From Vicugna vicugna (lineage: Eukaryota), in the NCBI GenBank assembly GCA_013265495.1, contig MU058423.1, positions 7,053,449 through 7,117,448 on the forward strand: a stretch of 64,000 bases of DNA, read 5' to 3'. Below the pieces are notes generated by a model. It had not been told where the DNA came from. It did no database searches and was given only the letters and a program-made list of their open reading frames with translations. Below, one piece after another: positions 27,679-41,275 of the stretch (positions are counted from its first letter, which is position 1; the number at the start of each line of letters is the position of its first letter). Made by a program: the position numbers and the translations under genes.

Positions 27679-29606
27679 TGGAGGATGCTCCAGTTAAGAA
27701 CAAAATAGTTCTGAATAGTATATTGAACTTAGATGGAGAAAATGCTAAGATAATATCTATTTTCCAGTAGGAATATTTTCTTTAATTGAATATAAAAGTT
27801 AAAAGACTGGCCCTTGCAGTATTGCTGTACGTAATTCTGGCAAAAACACACAAACCATGAAGTACAAATTTTCTCATTTTTTTCCTAAAGAGTATTGATG
27901 GATTTATATGTAGCACTCTATCTTTTACATCCAGTTTTCCCTGCTAAAGTATATGTCTATGATCAATGAATAAAGTAAAAGGATAAAGTTTAAAATAACT
28001 TTTTCTACCTAATCTTCTAGATTAGTCAGGATATCCCAAATAATCCTGAAAATTAAATTTCTTAGTCATTCTTATATAGGAGAGCAAACTTCAAATATGT
28101 ATTCTAAGCACTAATCATTAAATCTATAATTTTTTTTTACCAGATCCATCCAGTTTATAATTCTTTGTCAGTTGAAAACTTCCACTATCTACCTACTTAT
28201 TAAACATATAATTACGTTTTTTAATATTAACTCCATTGTGATTAAGATAAGGAAACCAAAATAATGGACCAGGAGAGAGTTGAAAATCATATAATACTTT
28301 TATTCATAGTATAGCCTTTTTTTTAAGGAAAAAGGAGCTAAAGGACTTACAGGTGGTATGGATATGGGTACCTGCTTTCTAAGTGATATAAATCATTTGG
28401 ATGATAACGTTTTATTTATTATCATAAGTTTATGATTGCATAAATTATCTGAAAATGTTGGTCTATCAATTTGAAAAGATGCCAATGTTTGGTTACATCA
28501 TGTATAAAGACAATGAAAAATTTAAATATTTGTTTATTAGACCTCGGCATATAGAAATTTAAAAATCTTTAAATCAGTTTACTAATGATGCCTACTTTGA
28601 ACAAATTTTAGGTAACTATTTGAGCTTAAATATTTTATGAGGCCATTGAATTCCTAATTTTATTAGTCCTTTTAACCTACTTGGACATAGGTAGCAAGCA
28701 TTATAATTCCAATTTTTCAGATATTTAATCTCAAGGATTAAGAAGTATATTGTCAAAAATCTCATGGTGAGTCAGTAGTGAAATTTTGGAGATTCTATTG
28801 TTTTCATCTCATGCACTTTTCTAATATGATTTTACATATTATTTCTGTTACAATATTATTTTTGGTATCTGTTGTGATGATCTAAGTATTCATCTTTTGG
28901 AATCACTAATATTCAAAAATAGCACACCATACTAATTTAACATCTGTCAAATATTTATTCTTTGCACTGTACTTGTTCCAGCTTTTCAAGTATGCTAATT
29001 TCACATTTCTAATATTCAGTGTCAATAGTGCATGTAATCAGTCTATCGTGCCTAGGATTCTACAAAATAAGTGTATTTTTCTATAAAGCATTAAATTTGA
29101 GATTCATTAAAAGAAATGTATTATCCTAACACTTTCTGATCAGTTTTGCTTTTTGCTATCTGGCTTGAATTGTCATAGTTTTTCCGAGAATATTGCTAGA
29201 AAATTTTTATTTAAAGCACCTCAAATTGTTCACATCTGAAATTATTTTCAATGAGAACTGCACCCACCTATTTAAGAGACGTCTATACATTATTCTGAGT
29301 GCACTTTAGAGTAGAAAAATTGTCGGATATGAAGTTTCTTATTGTAAAATCTATTTTAACTTTTATCATTGACTAAATCATAATGTATATGCTACAAGAG
29401 TGTGTGTAAGTTACAACAGTTTAAAAAATGTCTGATACTTATTAGGTCATTTGTCATTCTAGAAACTTGTGATTCTTCTAGTATGTAGCTATTATACCTG
29501 TGTTGATCGTCTGTTACTCGAGGGTAACGTGTGCAAATGAATATTGTGGTTTAATGTGCTCATCCAGGAGAACACTCATCTGAATTTGCTGTGTTTTATT
29601 TTCTAG

Positions 29607-29663
29607 ATTGCTCTGAGAGGTCCACCTGGCCCAATGGGTCTAACTGGAAGACCGGGTCCTGTG
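29607..29663 (+). CDS. COL11A1: COL11A1 exon 14 (start of major triple helix)
   Basis: ctag|ATT...GTG|gtaggt; 57 nt; IALRGPPGPMGLTGRPGPV. Confidence 0.96.
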
Positions 29664-30869
29664 GTAGGTCACCTAATAACATAGTGTATGCTGAAATTCC
29701 CGTATTAGTAGTTTCTTGTGCGACTTTGGTCAGGCATTGTCCATATCTCTCGCTGGTGAAAGTAAGGGACATAATATCTACTTATGCTTGATTTTATTTC
29801 CATTGCAAAACTATTAACTTTTCAAACTATAAATATAATTTATTTACATAATAGTTAGAGTTACTAAAGTTCATTTTTACAGTAAATTCTTGAAACTTAA
29901 TTTTATGCTAAGCAGAATTTCTACTAAAAAAGAAAAAATATTTGAGGCCACTGAAAATTATTCCATAATCTTTGGAGACTTGGCTTAAACTTTAAGCTGC
30001 CTTCAGGATTCCATAGTGCTTCAGAGATTAGAGCAATTATTTTGTCTTTTAGAGACTTTTGGAAAATAATTGTTTTATTTTTCCTTACTAGCTTGCTGAT
30101 AAGCTGTTATATTCTATATATTTTTAAACATTTCAGGTATTTTGAAACTTACCAAATGCTGAGCAGTGTAGCAGTTCACAAAAACACAGATTCTTATTAA
30201 ATCATATTTTTTTTCCTAAGAGAAAAGAACACTGTAGGATTCCAACTTGAGTTCTCATTGATTTTTAGAATTAATGAAATAATTTCTATTTTAATTATGT
30301 GTTTTTGATAAAAAATGCTGTACTGAGATTTCATGTGATCTTATATGCTCAACATGCTTTGTTAAAATAATGGTATTTACAGAAATTATTACTCTGAACA
30401 TTAAAATTTTACCTTTCATTTACTTAGTAGACACAGCAAAACTATTTTATTCAAACTTGAATCAAGTAAATAGTCTCTTAATTATTTAATCTGTTTTACT
30501 GATCTTATTAGGATGATAAGTAGCTTTCTTCAAGTTTATTCAAGTTTTTTATGTACTTTTACATAAATTTATAGTTTTCTTAATTCAATCTTGAAGTTTT
30601 ATGACATTTTATGTATTTTGAAGGGCTTTACACTCAATCATATGAACTCATGTGGCACGTGTTCTGGCAGTATGTTCCACAGAATTAAATTATGCATGTT
30701 TCTAAATGCCTTATTATGTATTTATTTTGTAGTTTTACTGTTCTGCCTCTCAAAACATAATCAGGAACACGGAAGATTTCATACCATTTAACAAAGGAAG
30801 AAATAGAGTTAATATTTAATTGCTTGTTAGTAATAACAAAGTTACATGACTAAGGAAAGTCAACAGTAT

Positions 30870-31050
30870 GCTAGTGCTTTGTAAATTTGCTGGCAGAAGA
30901 ATTACCTGTATATTTTATTAAAAGTGAAAGTTTCTGGGGCCTTGAACTCAAGACTCTGCTGATGCAGAGTTGGGATTGGAACTGGAAAATTATATTTTTA
31001 ATCAGTGCAGCAGACTGATTCTTATGGCCAAGCCTGTTTGGGAAACACTG
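30870..31050. mobile_element. MER5-like hAT DNA transposon relic
   Basis: agaattacctg...ttattaaaa...ctggggcc...atttttaa...tgattcttatg...tttgggaaacactg. Confidence 0.55.
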
Positions 31051-32882
31051 CCTGTTGCTTAATTTAAAAATGTCAGTCTAGGGTCTCTAAAGTTGTATTT
31101 TCCAAAGGAATTTCCTTACTTATCATCCTGACAGACTCAAGCCTAGTGGATCTGTAGAGGGTAAGGGCAGTGATGAGCAGAGCCAAAGAAAGCATGTTAT
31201 ATTAAGTGGTTTTCACCAGTCGTTAAGGGTCAGACAACCATAGCATGTTGGCAATGAGAAATCATTGACAACCATGTACAGATTCTCAATATACTATCCA
31301 AGATGAATTGATTTTACTGCTTAAGTCTTAGTTATAGAAAGTTTTAGCTTCCTAAAAATATTAATGGTAGATATTGACAAAAAAAATCCATATTGTATAC
31401 ACCATTTTCTCTTCTATTATCCTTTGCTCCAAAACATCAAATTATTACAGACCTTCAAAAATCCTGATTCTAAATTCCAAAAGTATTTTATGTATCAAGG
31501 TTTAAAAGAGAAACAATATTTTAAGACATAAATATGTGCATTGCTCCAATGAAAAACTCTTTTATTCAATTATTTTTTCCATTTGTTTTTATAAATGAAA
31601 GGAGATCTATATTATAAAATATGCAGGAAACATAGAAAATATTCTTTTCTCTATTCTGTTACTGTCAGTTATTGCATGACGGTTTTTAGAATAAGTGTTT
31701 GGGCTAAGTAATTATGATCTGTTGAGTAGGTAGTGTTTAAATATAGAAGATATAATATAGTAAATTAATTAAAAATAAATTGACTTTTAATTGCATTCAG
31801 TTGTGTGATTTATAATCTGATTTAATGTAGAACCCCAGCTTCTCTCTTGAAGAAATTTAGTTGTAAGAATTCTTAATGGGAAGCTTGAGAGTCATTGTTC
31901 TTATAATTTTCAAGATTGGAATATTCATTTTTACAATGTTTTGGGAGATTTATTAATACTTGCCATGTTTTGGGGAGTTATATTAATAGTTATTTTACTT
32001 TGGAGCCACCAGGAGGCTCTAGATATCTAGCATTTTCAGACAGCATGATTTTAATCTTTTTGTACTTTGATTCAATGCACTGTTTAATTGAATCTGTATT
32101 GATTTAAATAAATTAGAAACTTCTGAAACACACAAAGTATCCTTCTTCAGCATGAAGTAACTATTATCACCATGTTCAATTTTAATGTTCTAAAGCTTTT
32201 TAGGAGAGTGAATGGCCTAGTATTTATTTTTAAAACTCACAACACTTTTATAACGTAATTTTATATTTTTTCCAGCTAATATTCCAAGTTTTTGTTGCAC
32301 TTTTTGAATTATATAAATGTTTGTAAGAGATGTTTGTCATAAGGACTTCTTCTCCTGGGGAAAAAGACCAATCTAGGAAAAAATGCTTTGACATTATTTC
32401 AGGACAATGATAATGACAACATTAGCATCTGTTCTTGACATTTCATTGCTATAGAATTCAGTGTCTGAGAAATTTCTGAGTATAAAAGCATGAACATTTT
32501 GCCAAGTTGTATAAATGGATTCAGTGTGTACCCAATTCCATAAAAATGTGTTTCCTCAGTACTCCACCCCAGTGTAATGATAAATAATGCCTGTGTATCG
32601 TCATAAGTGCTCTGATGGCACACACATTAAAGAACATTTCAAAGTGGTTTCGCGAAATTGGCTTTTTTGTAGTTATCAGCAAAATATAAACTTTCAAATA
32701 TAGCTCACATACTGGAACACAATCAGAGTCTGAGATGAGATGTAAAGGACTTGAAAATTTTTGTATTAATTAATAAAATCATACTATTTGATGAAATGTA
32801 GTTTCAATAATGTTTACTTGAAGTGAAAAGTGGTTAGGGAATGATAAAATTAAATCATTATATGCTTACTTTTTCTCTGTAG

Positions 32883-32936
32883 GGGGGACCTGGTTCCTCT
32901 GGGGCCAAAGGTGAGGCTGGTGATCCAGGTCCTCAG
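32883..32936 (+). CDS. COL11A1: COL11A1 exon 15
   Basis: gtag|...|gtaaaa; 54 nt; GGPGSSGAKGEAGDPGPQ. Confidence 0.96.
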
Positions 32937-33654
32937 GTAAAAATTAATCTATTTCACTTCTTTTATTTTTGATTTTATTTTATCTCTTAGGGGAATTGAA
33001 GTATCTGCCATCTGTTTTATGAGTAAAGAAATTACATTATGTTTAAGCTCTTTAATTAAAAAACCTCTAATGGCCAGTTGGCTGCCAATCACTTGATTAA
33101 TTTAAACATTATTAAAAGAAGATAATAAGCTAGGATGGGAACATCTTGATAGTAATAGGTCTTCAGAATGTTAAATTGACTTGAGATTGTACAGAGCAGC
33201 ATGTTGTATATTTTATGTTGTTATACAATTGCATAGCTACGATTACAACTGTGCCTACAGTGGCCCTGCCCCAAGCCTAAGATGTTTTCTATGGAGAGTA
33301 AACCTAGCAAACCTCAGAAAGGGTATTTAATATGCCTCAAAGAAGCTAACTTTCAACCTTCTGTAGAGCTAAGGAAATTGAGAGAAATTGAGGACATCTG
33401 AGCTCAAATTTTTAAAAAGATATTAGATTATATTTACATGGTACCCAATTAAAAGTATTATTTTTCCTTTGATGGGTAATAAGTAGATAGAGACATCCAC
33501 TATAAGCACATTATGAAATAAACTCATTTTAGAAAACAGAAAAGCAAACTGTGATTATTTTTAAAATACATTCATTTTTAATGAAAATGCTTCTGATATA
33601 CTCAAAACATATACATTCAGACTGGGCTGTAGGATCTCTCAAGTGTCCATTCAA

Positions 33655-34025
33655 CTTTTTTTTAAATTAGTTTTATTTTAACAATATTATAATGTAAAAT
33701 TGAATTTGAACACCTTTCTGTATTCTTCATAACCACCACCACAGTCACCAGGGTAGAGAGCAGTTCTAAAACCCTGAATAATTTCTTGGTGCAACTTTAG
33801 AGTCATATTTTCCTCCTACCCTAATACCTGACAACCACTGATCTGTTTTTCATCATTAAGTTTTATGTTTTCAAGAATACCTGGTAAATGGAATCATACA
33901 TTATGTAATCTTTTGAGACTGGCTTCTTTCTCACCATAATGCCTTTGGGATTCATTGTAGTTGATGAGTGAATCAATAGTTTATTCCTTTTGGTGGCTGA
34001 GTAGTATTCCCTTACATGGGTGTGT
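33655..34025 (-). mobile_element. Old L1M 3' UTR fragment
   Basis: ggaatcatacattatgtaatcttttgagactggcttctttc...ggctgagtagtattcc pattern, antisense. Confidence 0.75.
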
Positions 34026-35319
34026 AAAGATAATGATGTATCGATACTTAAGAAGTTAGGGAGTTTAATCTTTTGCAAAGCTTGTAAACTTTTGGATCAA
34101 ACTCACCTCTTTACAAAGTAGATGTCTGAAAACATGCTGCAGTACTCTTCATGGACTTTGCAGTTTTCCTTAACTCCTCAAGTCCAAAGAGATGCAATAT
34201 CAAATGAACAGTCATTTTCATTAAAAACTAACAAGATTTGTCCTGTTCTTATTGTCCTTTGTCTTCCAGCTGAGGTATAGGATAAAGTTTTCCTTGCTAC
34301 AAAATTTTTTAAAAGCTATATTACTTTAACCTTTAATCATTAGACAACCTTAATTTCATATTTCCATAATCAACATTTCACAACAATCATAGGAATTATT
34401 TGTAATTTCAAATGTGTCTTCCAGTTTCTACCACACTTATTATATACATACTTTTTAACTAAAAAAGGGTATAGTGAATTAAATAGATCATATAATCTTT
34501 ATACTGGAACTACATTTGATCTATTATTAGCTGTGTAATTTTATTTTAAAAAACGTGTATATCAATTCACACATTATATTAAATATTGATATAACACTGT
34601 ATTCTACTGCCTCAAGAAAGAAAGATAATGAGAATCTTTGAATGTTAACCTGATACGGCATGGTTCTAGTCAGTAATTTGTATTAGGGGTTGCCAAGTCA
34701 TCCTCCAGCATTTTGTAGACAATTGAAAGGAACATGTACCAGGCACAATGCTATAAATTGTATTAGTATGATGCAAAAAAGACAGATTTAGTCCAAAACC
34801 ACTATAGTCAGCAATTTAATGGGAGATTCAGCTACGGAAAAGGAGACGATTATAATCCAATATGATACCTGTTATAAAAGAATAAATATCTTAGGAGAGA
34901 ATCTCCAAAAAATAAAGGGAAAGATGAAGACAAAGCAGTTGGAAAGAGAAGAGGAATGAAATGGATGTTTAAGAGTGTTTTCAGTCAAACACCAAGGTTT
35001 TGAGAATTAAATGAGTAATTGAGGATTTTTTTTTAAAGTTTAAAATATCACTTTGTATTCATTTTGTTTAAACGTAATCATATGCCTATATAAACTTCAT
35101 AAAATAATAGTGACCTTTTTGGCAACATGCCATTTGGAAAAATTGATTCTTTTGTCTTCCACTTTATCTGGATTTTTACATAAGAAATCATTTTCTGGTG
35201 CTGAAATGATTAAGGTTAAGCTAAGAAGATATAAATTTCTAAAACCACTTCACTTAATGTGATTGAGTTCATTGATTAATAATTCTATAAAATGAATTAA
35301 TTTTGATGTTTTCATACAG

Positions 35320-35373
35320 GGCCCTCGTGGTGTCCAAGGTCCTCCAGGTCCAACAGGAAAACCTGGAAAAAGG
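35320..35373 (+). CDS. COL11A1: COL11A1 exon 16
   Basis: acag|...|gtatgg; 54 nt; [18 protein letters not shown]. Confidence 0.96.
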
Positions 35374-35491
35374 GTATGGTTGGTGTTAGTTGTGTATTTT
35401 GAGGGCATCTGAAATTGTCAGTTATTTTACTTTCTTTTACTCTGTGTGAGTTGGAATCCCTTTTGCTTAGTCATGTTCTTGGTATTATCAG

Positions 35492-35545
35492 GGTCGTCCA
35501 GGTGCTGATGGAGGACGAGGAATGCCCGGAGAACCCGGGGCGAAG
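35492..35545 (+). CDS. COL11A1: COL11A1 exon 17
   Basis: tcag|...|gtcagg; 54 nt; GRPGADGGRGMPGEPGAK. Confidence 0.96.
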
Positions 35546-35677
35546 GTCAGGAGCTCATCTCATACGTTTGTATATTCAGATCTTATATCTCAGTTCACCT
35601 CTGAAAATTTCATATTTTGAAATAAAGTTTCCTGATAGGAAAGAAAATTTCACATTGAAATTACAGTATGGAGTTAG

Positions 35678-35887
<210 letters not shown>

Positions 35888-37001
35888 TAAGTGTTTGTGA
35901 ACTCATTTAAATTATTACATCTACTTGAAGAAAGAAATGTAGAATTACAAATGTGATATCCCATGTAAGTTCTTTCATTTCTTTTAGATGTTAAAATACT
36001 CATTTTATGCAAACGTAAGTTAGAGGTAGAATCATTATGTACATGTGTATCATATTTATCATATTTATAGAAGAACAAGTGTAGAGATTTAATTTTGCCT
36101 ATAATTTTTTGATAATTACCTCAATTTCCTTCTTATGTTTTGTCTGTGGAAATATATGCAAAAGAGGACACCTGTAGGCAGTTTGCCATTAATGTAACAA
36201 TATACCGGGTACTGTATTTTATTATACTAATTAGATGGTTCTAGTAGACAGAGACAGCACAGGCTATTTCTTTGTGATAATATGAATTTGCAGTTCAATG
36301 CAAGAGTTTATAACCAGCTAAAGTTAAACAAAACACGATGCTGGACAGCAACCCAGTCAATATTTTTAGTGGGAAGTTGAGCAAAGAAGTGGTCTTTCAA
36401 AAAAAAGATCAGCTTTGGATCTTCACATTTTTCTTCTGCAGAAATTGAGAATGAAGGTAGGACAACCTTTAGAAAAATTGAATAATATGAAAAAAAAGAA
36501 AAAAAGAGAACCCTATGAATATTTAGCAAGAAATTTAGTGCATGCCTACCACATGTCAAGAGAAATAAATAATTTTGTTTTTATTAAATCCAAATTTTCT
36601 TTAGTCTTTTAAAGTTCTTCTGACTTAATATGAATTATTTTAGAAGCAGAAAATTTTTAAATTAAATAAAAATCATCAAAGTATATCCATGTTTAGGACA
36701 ATCTTCAGTAAAATGCTTTTCTAAATGGTTTAGTTTCTAATAATTAAATGTCTGAAAAATTTTTTGGGGTATTTTATTTAAACCTTTTTAAAGTTGAGAG
36801 AACATTTTCCCTAGCATACTAGTATGTAAAGTCGGTTAATGTAAAATTATGATTCATCTCTGAAGTTTTCTGAGAAGGGAGAATAAAGCATAAGTTTTTT
36901 CTGCCAAATGTTCTGTTATATTTGGTAGGATAACTGTAGGATAGACTTCTAAATATACTGCTTTATTTCATATTGTAATTATATTTGGATTCATTTAATA
37001 G

Positions 37002-37055
37002 GGTGAACGAGGTCCCCAAGGTCCTCCCGGTCCTCCTGGTGAAGATGGAATGAGG
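37002..37055 (+). CDS. COL11A1: COL11A1 exon 19
   Basis: atag|...|gtatat; 54 nt; GERGPQGPPGPPGEDGMR. Confidence 0.95.
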
Positions 37056-37172
37056 GTATATTAAATTTTATTTCCTTTAAGAAATATTTAAAATTAAAAC
37101 TTAGAACAAAATTGTGTTGAAATGTTACGCTGTCTGATTGTATCACTGTCCCATTCATTTTGTCAATGACAG

Positions 37173-37217
37173 GGAGAAGATGGAGAAATAGGACCAAGGG
37201 GTCTTCCAGGTGAAGCT
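37173..37217 (+). CDS. COL11A1: COL11A1 exon 20
   Basis: acag|...|gtaagc; 45 nt; GEDGEIGPRGLPGEA. Confidence 0.96.
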
Positions 37218-38412
37218 GTAAGCAAGTTTCTTTATTTTTTATATAATATCCTGTTTTGGAGGAATAATAATTGGTGTTACATATACAAAATCAATAATAA
37301 ACTCAGGTGACTATTGCAATCTTACCTATGCTAACCAGGTAGCTGTTACATTAAAAAACAAAAAAGAACCTAAAAAGTGATACCTAGAGCTCTTTTTTTG
37401 TTATTGAGAAAGTCTTAGACAAGAGAAAAAAATGTGGGCAATAACATCTTGTCAGTCAAAAAACCTTACCTAGTTTTTGTTGCTGTTTTTTTGTTTCATT
37501 TCAATTCTTTATACCATCAGTAGTTCCAGAATCTATTTATGTGTTTAGATAATTTAATCTTATGACCAGTAGAAACAAAAAAACGAGATGCTTAGTATAT
37601 ACCAGATATAACTATAAGATATGCTAGATTTTATCATTTTTTCCACGGAATTTTACAACTGAGGAAAGTAAATTGGGAAGGTTTCCCCAAAGCTAGTTAA
37701 TCAAAGAACCAAACTAGAAGCAGGCTTCCTAATTTTAGTCCTAGCTTGTGACATTACAGAGCCTGTCAACTCAAAGGCACAGTGGCTCAAGTGAATATGA
37801 GAGACAGTATATCATTGTACTGATTTTTCTGAAGAAGAACAGATGGAGGAGGGGGATGAAGAAGAGAAGTCGACTGTTTAAATAACAATAATTTTAAAAA
37901 TCAAAAAAGTGGTTTCTCTAATCTACATATATAGTTATCTAGCTGTTTGTTTCTTTTTCTCAGTAAAATATTCTCTCGGGATGGAATCTACCTAAATGTG
38001 AAATAAATGAGACTCAGGACTCTTTTATTTGTGTAGTCTATCTGATTGAATAAGAGTATTTATAATAAGATTCAGTGTTGCCATTCAAATTGGGAAATGA
38101 CACAGAAGTGACTTATTTAAAGCATTAAAATATCTCCTATTTTTAAAATTTTCCGAGTGATTCATATGTAAATTTATAGAATCAAAGATACAGTTTCTGG
38201 TTAAAGACTCACTTACCCATTTTGACCTTTGGGTCAGTATAAGTGCTAAGTATTTGTGTCATATGAAGATAGTATTTTAAACAAAACTTTTAGTGTTTTA
38301 AAAGAAGATGAACAAATATTTTTAATCTAAACATTACATTAAAATTTCTTTAAAGAAAGAGGTGTGTTTTGAAGGCATTTCTTATGAAACTGTGTTTTTC
38401 TTTTCCTCCTAG

Positions 38413-38466
38413 GGTCCACGAGGTTTGCTGGGACCAAGGGGAACTCCAGGACCTATAGGGCAGCCT
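38413..38466 (+). CDS. COL11A1: COL11A1 exon 21
   Basis: ctag|...|gtatgt; 54 nt; GPRGLLGPRGTPGPIGQP. Confidence 0.96.
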
Positions 38467-38892
38467 GTATGTATTGCTGAAAACAATCAGTATTTTCTAG
38501 GGAAGGCTTGTTACCAGACTTTTCAAAGCTGAGAGACTGTGAGCTTTCAGTAGACAGCCAGGTGTTTACTGCTCTGTTCTAGGACTGAATGATGCTGCCT
38601 ATCGGTTTAACTGATCATTCCCCACTCCACCTGCTTCTTTCCTTTTAGTTTATCTGTTTTACTGTTTCATGCCAAATTCCCCACACACAGTGGAAAATGC
38701 AGCTAGCTCATCTCCATGGACATGGAGTGGGGAATATAGATTTGCTTTTTTCCCTCATTTTCATTAAATTCTAAAATGATTTTTAGTCACCCTAGGCTAG
38801 TGGTTGTCACACTATTAAGATCTGCCTTATTAATTTTCTGTTACAGCATCTAAACTTGTAAACACCTATGTGTATTTTTTTCTTCACTAAAG

Positions 38893-38937
38893 GGTATTGC
38901 AGGTGTGGATGGCCCCCCAGGACCAAAAGGGAACATG
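38893..38937 (+). CDS. COL11A1: COL11A1 exon 22
   Basis: aaag|...|gtatgt; 45 nt; GIAGVDGPPGPKGNM. Confidence 0.95.
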
Positions 38938-39194
38938 GTATGTAGAAAATGTCCATAAGGTAACTCATTTCTGCAATCTAAGTACCAACAAACCACCTTT
39001 GTTGCTAAATCTAAAATTAACATTTCTCACAATGTTTTGCTAAATGCATTAGCTTCTGTTAGCATTAATATTTTGCAAAATTTTCCAAATTTTCTATACA
39101 GAAACCTGTTTTGGGGACTATTTTTCAATTGAGAAGAAAAAACCCATTGTGTAAAATAGTTCTATTAAAGACTCTTTATATTTTCCTATGGCAG

Positions 39195-39248
39195 GGTCCC
39201 CAAGGGGAGCCTGGACCACCAGGTCAGCAGGGGAATCCAGGACCTCAA
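39195..39248 (+). CDS. COL11A1: COL11A1 exon 23
   Basis: gcag|...|gtaagt; 54 nt; GPQGEPGPPGQQGNPGPQ. Confidence 0.96.
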
Positions 39249-39707
39249 GTAAGTCTAAGCCGTCACAGCTTTTTTGAGATTATGGGGTAAGGCGATATCT
39301 TTTTACAAGAAAATTGACAGCCTCAGAACTTTCTATGTGGGGCTAACTGTTTACATTGTGAATGTAGGAAAATTATTTTTTTTTAATTAAAAAATATTTG
39401 AGTAAATTTGCAGGGGCCTCTTTCTTCCTAGAGAGACCTGGGTTATTCAGTGTTCGTGGAATGCCAGGACGAATAGCCACACCTGCAGGAGGGTTCTGAA
39501 TAGGATCATATGACAGTCCTGTTGCCAAAAGAGCAGCTTGTGTAAAACTGACAGTGTTCCAAAACTTTCTGGGGAATGGGGTGTGGGGGAATATATTTGA
39601 GTCTCATAACTCATTTCATGTAAAATACAGGGCTAATTATTTACTATTTTAAGAGTATATTCTTATGATGTGATTCCTTACATTTGAAATATATTCTTTC
39701 AAAATAG

Positions 39708-39752
39708 GGTCTTCCTGGTCCACAAGGTCCGATTGGTCCTCCTGGTGAAAAA
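39708..39752 (+). CDS. COL11A1: COL11A1 exon 24
   Basis: atag|...|gtaagt; 45 nt; GLPGPQGPIGPPGEK. Confidence 0.96.
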
Positions 39753-40364
39753 GTAAGTTACTCTGTTGTTCTAGTAATGTCTGGTAAACAGGCTTGGGTT
39801 GGCAACCTTAGGCAGGTATAAGACCTGCCATTTTTGATAAGATATCTAGATGGCTCAGCATATAAAGAATTAACCTGGAGTTAAATCATGAAAGTAAAGT
39901 GTGAGCAGAAGTCATTCATACATCTCTGAACTGTCAATGATAAGATTTCACAGTTTCCATTTGGAGAGTTTCCAGACGTGACGGTCTCAGCTCTATTCAT
40001 TTCAGAAATGTACTGGTATGAGTGAATGTTTTCTCTTTATTTTGGTTCTCCTTTAATTTCTCATTATTTAAAAAATGTAATTAGGCTTACGTGTGACAAA
40101 GGGCTCCTAGCAAGATCTAATTAAGGGTAATTGTGATGTTATCATTGCCACCATTTCTCATGTATAAATGGCAAATGATGTTCTTGTTAATAACTCAATG
40201 TCTGGATCAAAGCAAGAATACATCTTTAATTAAAGAGATGTCTTTTTTTCCTATCTTCTCTGACAGATTCCCTAAGAAATACTTCCTGTCCCCTACAGTT
40301 ACAGAACAGTGTCAGCTAGTTCTTTCTCGTATACTTCTTATTTTTGTTGATTTCTATGAATATA

Positions 40365-41275
40365 TGATTTTTTAAAAATTAGCTTTATTGGGTTAATTTT
40401 ATACCATACAGATTCACTCATTTTAAGTGTAGAAGTCAATGGTTTTTAGTCAGTGTCCAGAATTTTGCCACAATCACATTTTTAGAATATATATCCCACC
40501 CCAGAAAGAAACCTTGTGTTAATTTGTCCTCCCATCCCACCCACAGACCTTGGCAGCTGTTGGTCTCCTTTCTATCTTTATAGATTTTTCTTTTCTGAAT
40601 GTCTCATTTGAATAAGACATATGAATGAGTTGAATATGTGAATTTAATCATGTGAGTGACTATACCATGTGACATTTGTGTCTGGCTTCTTTTATTTGGC
40701 ATAATGCTTTTGAGGTTTATCCATGTTGTGGAATATATCAGTACTTTGCTCCTTTTTATTGCCAAATAGTATTCCTTTGATTGAATATACCATATTTTGT
40801 TTACTTAGTCAGCAATTGAGGGACATGTGAGTTATGTACACTTTTCAGCTATTATGAACAGTACTGCTATGAAGATTTGCAAGAAGGTATTTGTGTAGAT
40901 ATGTTTTCATCTATTTTTGGTAGATACTTAGAATTGCTGGATTATACACAAATTTATATTTAACATTTACAGAAGTTTCTAAACTATTTTTCAAAGTAGT
41001 TGTACCAAATTTCCTTCCCATCTGCAATTTATGAAGATTCTAGTTTCTCCAGATTCTCACAAATATGTGTTATTGTTTCTTCTTTTTGCTTATGGTCTTT
41101 CTCGTTGGTATGAAATAGTATCTTACTGTGGTATTAATTTGAATTTTCCTAATCACTAGTGATGTTGAGCACCTTTTAAATGCTTAGTGGCATTTTCTAC
41201 ATATTCTTTAGTAAATTATATATTCAAATCCTTTGGTAATATTCTAATTGAGTTACTTATTAATATGTAAGAATT
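40365..41275 (-). mobile_element. L1MB-type LINE, 3' UTR plus end of ORF2
   Basis: agctttattg...cattttaagtgta...tctggcttcttt...gatgttgagcacctttt pattern, antisense. Confidence 0.8.
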